Source: Geotalea uraniireducens Rf4 | GTDB taxonomy: Bacteria > Desulfobacterota > Desulfuromonadia > Geobacterales > Geobacteraceae | Reading direction: 5' to 3' | NCBI RefSeq assembly: GCF_000016745.1 | Contig: NC_009483.1 | Span: 1,560,001-1,592,000 of the forward strand | Length of the DNA stretch: 32,000 bases | Shown: in pieces, positions 28,499 to 32,000 of the stretch | How positions within the stretch are numbered: position 1 is the first letter of the stretch | How the letters are laid out: each line of letters starts with the position of its first letter | The notes under the pieces: generated by a model | What the model was told of the DNA's origin: nothing | Database searches by the model: none | Seen by the model: only the letters and a program-made list of their open reading frames with translations | Made by a program: the position numbers and the translations under genes

Positions 28499-28578
28499 AA
28501 TTGGTATTAATTTGCAATGATTAAGATGCGCGGTCTAGGGTTGATAAGTCAGGAATAATAGCCAAGGAGGAAAAAACG

Positions 28579-28752
28579 ATGGACAACAAAAAGAGCAAAA
28601 GTGCAGCAATCACCGCTGGCACCGGCGAGACTTGGGATACAGGGTCCTGCCGTACATGGAGCAAACCCATAGTCACGCGTATCAACATTAAGAAAACTAT
28701 GTTGTCAACTGGCAGTGTTAATGATGGCGATGGAAGTACCAATGAAGGGTAA
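28579..28752 (+). CDS. Unannotated 57-aa small ORF: candidate RiPP (lasso-like) precursor peptide
   Basis: It is below the 60-aa cutoff of the ORF track. A strong SD, AAGGAGG, lies 8 nt upstream of ATG 28579. Translation: MDNKKSKSAAITAGTGETWDTGSCRTWSKPIVTRINIKKTMLSTGSVNDGDGSTNEG. It sits 87 nt upstream of, and co-directional with, an asparagine-synthetase-like gene. Confidence 0.6.
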   Translation: MDNKKSKSAAITAGTGETWDTGSCRTWSKPIVTRINIKKTMLSTGSVNDGDGSTNEG

Positions 28753-28839
28753 CACACACGTATGTCGGCCACCAGGAGTCTTGCCCGAGAACGCGGGCAG
28801 CAAATACTTAAAAAGACATATTGTGCCCCAGGAGTATAA

Positions 28840-30759
28840 ATGAGCTGTATCTTCGGTTTTTTACGGCGTGATGGTGCTTCAATCGCACCGCTTACCATGG
28901 AGACCATGCGGCGTCACATGGCTGAATGGGGGCCGGACGGCGGTGACGTGTTGCTGGACGGTCCTGCGGCGATGGGACAGATGCGTCTGTTCAGCACGCC
29001 TGAGGCGACGTATGAGAAGATGCCGCTCATTGATGCGGCAGAGGGCTTCATCTTTACCGCGGCCGGACGCGTGGACAACCGGCAAGAGTTGATCGCGGAT
29101 TGCGGATTGCGGATTGCCGAATATGAAAAATGCGGAATCCCGGATGGTGAAGTGATCCTTCAGGCCTATCGCAAATGGGGCGAGGATTGCCCGAAGCGCA
29201 TTTACGGAGACTGGTCTTTCGCCGTATGGCATCCCCGTGAACGCAGGCTTTTTCTCGCCCGCGACCACTATGGCAACACATCGCTTTATTATTATGCAGA
29301 CCGGCATGTGTTTGCCTTTGCTTCTGACCGCAAAGCATTGCTCGCACTGGACCTTGTGCCCAAAGAGATGGACGAACTCTACCTTGCACAGGTGCTGGTT
29401 TCGTGGCCTGCTTATCACGGAGAGCGCACCATCCACACGCCTGTTAAGCGCCTGCCGCCTGCGCATTGCCTGACAGTTTCGCATGAACGCCTCGATGTGC
29501 GCCGGTATTGGCGATTGGAAGAGACTCCCGAACTGCGCCTGCCACGGCGTAATGATTATGTAGAGGCATTTCGCGATCTGTTCGATGAGGCGGTACGCTG
29601 CAGACTGAGGGTTGCAAACGGCGGCAACACACAAGGAAATGGGGCCGGGCAAATTGCCGTAACACTCAGCGGGGGGCTGGATTCCGGGTCGGTTACTGCC
29701 ACGGCGGCGCATTTCCTGCGTAACGAAGGTAGACGCCTGACAGCTTTTACTTCTGTGCCGCTTTCGGATACAAGCGCCTATGTAAAAAAGAACTTTGGCG
29801 ATGAGTTTCCCTTTGCCCGGTCTACCGCGCAATTCGCCGGGAATGTAGATCATCTGCCCATCACCGCGGCAGCAATTACGCCCATACAGGCAATTCGTCG
29901 GATGCTTCGGATTCACGGCGAGCCGGCGCACGCCGCTGGAAATTTTTTCTGGATGCTGGAGCTGGAAGAGACTGCACGTGCCTGTGGCTGCCGTGCCCTG
30001 CTCACCGGTCAGGTGGGTAACGGTGGCATCTCATGGACAGGTGATGTGTTCTCACAGCCGCTCGCATTGCAGTTACGCCATTATGGCTGGAGGAAATGGA
30101 CAAAGGAAAGCGCAAAGCGGATTGCATCCCCTGTCTTGCTGAAGGCATACCGCCGCGCGCGAATGCCGAAGGATTATTCATGGTGCCAATCATCCGCCAT
30201 CCATCCTGATTTTGCTCGCCGCTTGAACCTGCTGGAACAACGATTGAACGACCCTGCCGAGCATCCGCGCAGTCCGCAAGAAAAGCGTTTTCAGATTCTC
30301 CAGCCCGGCTGCTCCTTTGTCGGTGCGCTGCATGCCCAAATGGGGGCAGCTCACGGGCTGGAAATACGCGACCCTACTGCAGATGCACGTGTCCTCGCCT
30401 TCACGCTCTCGGTGCCCGACTACATCTTCATGGACCCGACGACGGGGCTGGATCGTTGGCTCATCCGCGAGGCCATGAAGGGCCGTCTGCCGGACGAGGT
30501 GCGTTTAAATCGCGAGAGGGGTCGTCAGGCGGGCGACCTTGTCCCTCGGCTTCGCGCCTGCGCCGACGAGGTAGAAACCGCCCTGGACGAGTTGGCCGTG
30601 GGGCCTGCGGCCGCCTATCTAAATGTGCCTTATATGCGCGAGGTGTGGGCAATGGTCCGCACCGATGACACTCCGGAAGCTTTTCGCAAGTCGGTAACCA
30701 TTCTCACCAGAGGCATCATGGCCGGATTGTGGGTGAATGGGTTCTACAATGTAACCTGA
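28840..30759 (+). CDS. Asparagine synthetase B-like ATP-dependent amidotransferase (lasso-peptide-cyclase-like)
   Basis: 639 aa. The N-terminal Ntn-like domain starts MSCIFGF, so the Cys is not at position 2. The PP-loop SGGLDS lies at nt 29668-29685 (IAVTLSGGLDSGSV), followed by an AsnB-type C-terminal domain. SD AGGAG is 5 nt upstream. Confidence 0.88.
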   Translation: MSCIFGFLRRDGASIAPLTMETMRRHMAEWGPDGGDVLLDGPAAMGQMRLFSTPEATYEKMPLIDAAEGFIFTAAGRVDNRQELIADCGLRIAEYEKCGIPDGEVILQAYRKWGEDCPKRIYGDWSFAVWHPRERRLFLARDHYGNTSLYYYADRHVFAFASDRKALLALDLVPKEMDELYLAQVLVSWPAYHGERTIHTPVKRLPPAHCLTVSHERLDVRRYWRLEETPELRLPRRNDYVEAFRDLFDEAVRCRLRVANGGNTQGNGAGQIAVTLSGGLDSGSVTATAAHFLRNEGRRLTAFTSVPLSDTSAYVKKNFGDEFPFARSTAQFAGNVDHLPITAAAITPIQAIRRMLRIHGEPAHAAGNFFWMLELEETARACGCRALLTGQVGNGGISWTGDVFSQPLALQLRHYGWRKWTKESAKRIASPVLLKAYRRARMPKDYSWCQSSAIHPDFARRLNLLEQRLNDPAEHPRSPQEKRFQILQPGCSFVGALHAQMGAAHGLEIRDPTADARVLAFTLSVPDYIFMDPTTGLDRWLIREAMKGRLPDEVRLNRERGRQAGDLVPRLRACADEVETALDELAVGPAAAYLNVPYMREVWAMVRTDDTPEAFRKSVTILTRGIMAGLWVNGFYNVT

Positions 30760-30820
30760 AATTGAGATGAGTGAAAACATTACTTGCAGACGGTGGATAG
30801 TGAAGAGGAAAAGTCATCAA

Positions 30821-30847
30821 GGGCAACCAGCGGGTTGCCCTTTTTTT
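30821..30847 (+). terminator. Rho-independent terminator (after the AsnB-like gene)
   Basis: GGGCAACC-agcg-GGTTGCCC followed by T7. Stem and loop are identical to those at 28400-28426. Confidence 0.85.
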
Positions 30848-30892
30848 GAATTCGTTCTCATGTTTAAGAAGCGTTTAAATAGAAAATAATAA

Positions 30893-30920
30893 TTGACAGT
30901 GTCCTGGTTTGTGGTATTTA
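30893..30920 (+). promoter_or_regulatory. Candidate sigma70 promoter of the GNAT/tail-collar operon
   Basis: TTGACA, a 16-nt spacer, then TG-G-TATTTA (extended -10). The conserved box ATTAATTTGCAATAATT lies at 30929-30945. Confidence 0.5.
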
Positions 30921-31079
30921 GATTTAACATTAATTTGCAATAATTGTTAAACTTTATTTTTTGGTAAAGCATACCTGGTATGTCAACCAATCTCAGGCGT
31001 TCTTCAGCGATTCAGAAGCATCTGTCGCTCTCATGTGATTTGGTACGATATGTTGGACATGTCGAACGTCTGGATTCCC

Positions 31080-31583
31080 ATGGAAAACCATAACACCGCC
31101 ACGAAAAGGAGCGAAACTATCCATTTCCGCCCCATTACTGATGAGGATATGGAATTCCTGTACCGTCTGTACGCCTCCACGCGGCTCACGGAGATGGCCG
31201 TTACGGGATGGAACGAAACTCAGATCGAGGCTTTCCTGAGGATGCAGTTCAGGCTTCAGCACATGCAGTATATGCAGAACTATCCCGGTGCATCTTTCAA
31301 TATCGTTTTCATTGACGGCACGCCCGCCGGAAGGCTGTATGTGGACCGCAAAGAGGACAGGATGCTGGTCATCGACATCTCGCTGTTGCCTGACTTCAAG
31401 GGAAAAGGCGCGGGGGGAAGAATTTTGCGGGCACTGGTCGAAGAGGCCGATGCCAAGGGGCTTGTCATGAGTCTGCACGTGGAGAGAAGCAACCCGATTC
31501 TGCAGTTCTATAAAGCGCTCGGTTTTAGGGAACTGGAGTTGAGAGGCATGTACTACTACATGGAGAGAGAACTGTTAAATTGA
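31080..31583 (+). CDS. GNAT-family N-acetyltransferase
   Basis: IHFRPITDEDMEFLYRLY... is followed by the acetyl-CoA-binding motif LLPDFKGKGAGGRILRALVEEA and then FYKALGF. The start is uncertain: the ORF is open from 31035, ATG codons lie at 31059 and 31080, and none has a good SD. Confidence 0.75.
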   Translation: MENHNTATKRSETIHFRPITDEDMEFLYRLYASTRLTEMAVTGWNETQIEAFLRMQFRLQHMQYMQNYPGASFNIVFIDGTPAGRLYVDRKEDRMLVIDISLLPDFKGKGAGGRILRALVEEADAKGLVMSLHVERSNPILQFYKALGFRELELRGMYYYMERELLN

Positions 31584-31591
31584 GGAAAAAG

Positions 31592-31720
31592 ATGGGTGAA
31601 GGTTACCGGCTGTCACACCCAGACATTGGGGATTTCGTTCTTTTCCTCGGACCGGTGGATATCAAAGGGAGAGACGGGATGTATTACGAAGCGGTTTTTA
31701 ACCGTCTGACGTCACGCTAG
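31592..31720 (+). CDS. Unannotated 42-aa ORF, hypothetical
   Basis: MGEGYRLSHPDIGDFVLFLGPVDIKGRDGMYYEAVFNRLTSR. SD GAGGA is 5 nt upstream, and the ATG is 8 nt after the GNAT stop. It lies between the GNAT and tail-collar genes and is below the ORF-track cutoff. Confidence 0.4.
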   Translation: MGEGYRLSHPDIGDFVLFLGPVDIKGRDGMYYEAVFNRLTSR

Positions 31721-31835
31721 AGAAAGGAGGTCAGGGGGGGCACGTGGGAAATGAGTACCTATGTGCGTACTCCATGGTTTGCTTCACCTTGGTCGGCAGC
31801 GCATAACAATCCAGATCAAAAGGAGGAACAAAAGC

Positions 31836-32000
31836 ATGAGCGATCCGTATCTTGGCGAGATCAGGATGTTCGGCGGAGACTATGCGCCGGAGAATTGGCA
31901 TTTTTGTGACGGCACTCTGCTGCCGATCAGTGGCTACGATGCGCTCTATTCACTCATCGGCACAGCCTACGGCGGTGACGGGATCAACAACTTCGCCCTG
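31836..32000 (+). CDS. Phage tail-collar domain protein (microcystin-dependent-protein/MdpB-like), 5' partial
   Basis: MSDPYLGEIRMFGGDYAPENWHFCDGTLLPISGYDALYSLIGTAYGGDGINNFAL is the canonical N-terminus of tail-collar (PF07484-type) proteins. SD AAAGGAGGA is upstream, and the ORF runs off the window end. Confidence 0.8.
   Translation, partial: MSDPYLGEIRMFGGDYAPENWHFCDGTLLPISGYDALYSLIGTAYGGDGINNFAL

Larger units (their letters stand above)
28371..28523 (+). repeat. Terminator-promoter module, copy A (paralogous to 30793-30947)
   Basis: A hand alignment of about 150 nt looks roughly three-quarters identical. It includes an identical terminator stem, a TTGACw -35 box, a TGGTAT extended -10 box and the conserved box ATTAATTTGCAAT(G/A)ATT. 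Confidence 0.8.
30793..30947 (+). repeat. Terminator-promoter module, copy B (paralogous to 28371-28523)
   Basis: See copy A. Same order of elements and same orientation. Confidence 0.8.

Noticed and set aside
28762-28839. 25-aa ORF (MSATRSLARERGQQILKKTYCAPGV) between the precursor candidate and the AsnB-like gene
   Set aside because: It has no SD (ACACACACGT precedes the ATG) and its composition is unremarkable. The region also contains a small stem-loop (TGCCCG-agaacg-CGGGCA), which fits better as an intercistronic RNA element.
28521-28907. 128-aa minus-strand ORF overlapping the small-peptide gene and the AsnB-like start
   Set aside because: It is antisense to two SD-preceded + strand genes and spans their intergenic region. 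It has no SD and a low-complexity hydrophobic translation.
29094-29114. Three tandem copies of (T/C)GCGGAT inside the AsnB-like coding sequence as a slipped-strand phase-variation tract
   Set aside because: Only three units are present and the first is imperfect. The encoded IADCGLRIAEY reads through normally. Contingency loci usually have many more units, so this is noted only as a minor curiosity.
31744-31835. Short ORFs (GTG 31744, 20 aa; ATG 31751, 52 aa) after the AAAGGAGG at 31723-31730
   Set aside because: The SD-to-start spacing is 13 and 20 nt respectively. The longer one overlaps the well-supported tail-collar gene out of frame, and neither has recognisable features.

Overview
High-GC bacterial chromosomal window whose gene content suggests Geobacteraceae/Desulfuromonadales (inference only). 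That content is an AarC/Ato-type acetyl-CoA hydrolase/transferase with a DUF485 + ActP acetate-uptake pair, a globin-coupled sensor with a membrane C-terminal domain, a bacteriohemerythrin, metK and a fused IcmF mutase. Left to right: (1) a minus-strand glycosylation block with a partial TMTC/PMT-like membrane protein, a strongly AT-rich GT-C-like polytopic membrane protein and a GT2. (2) A GNAT-toxin gene remnant cut by a 173-bp palindromic MITE-like element. (3) Hemerythrin, UvrD/Rep helicase, a CheY-like regulator, and a small divergent XRE pair with a perfect operator palindrome. (4) Globin-coupled sensor, secreted 2-Cys peroxiredoxin, cyclophilin and metK. (5) A group II intron with class-C hallmarks inserted just after the metK terminator. 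(6) An OmpR-type response regulator and histidine kinase pair, then MerR. (7) A 520-bp GT-skewed non-coding region, then the CoA-transferase, an HTH-only IclR-like ORF, DUF485 and ActP. (8) A hypothetical Cys-rich protein, IcmF and an acyl-CoA thioesterase, bracketed by two about 129-bp near-identical repeats. (9) Nitroreductase and an M24 peptidase. (10) Best candidate for a new system: an unannotated 57-aa ORF plus an orphan asparagine-synthetase-like (lasso-cyclase-like) enzyme, bracketed by two diverged copies of a terminator-promoter module. The second copy drives a GNAT, a 42-aa ORF and a tail-collar-domain gene. Heptad-periodic GAGG/GGA-rich tandem arrays follow three stop codons. No rRNA, tRNA or CRISPR array was recognised.
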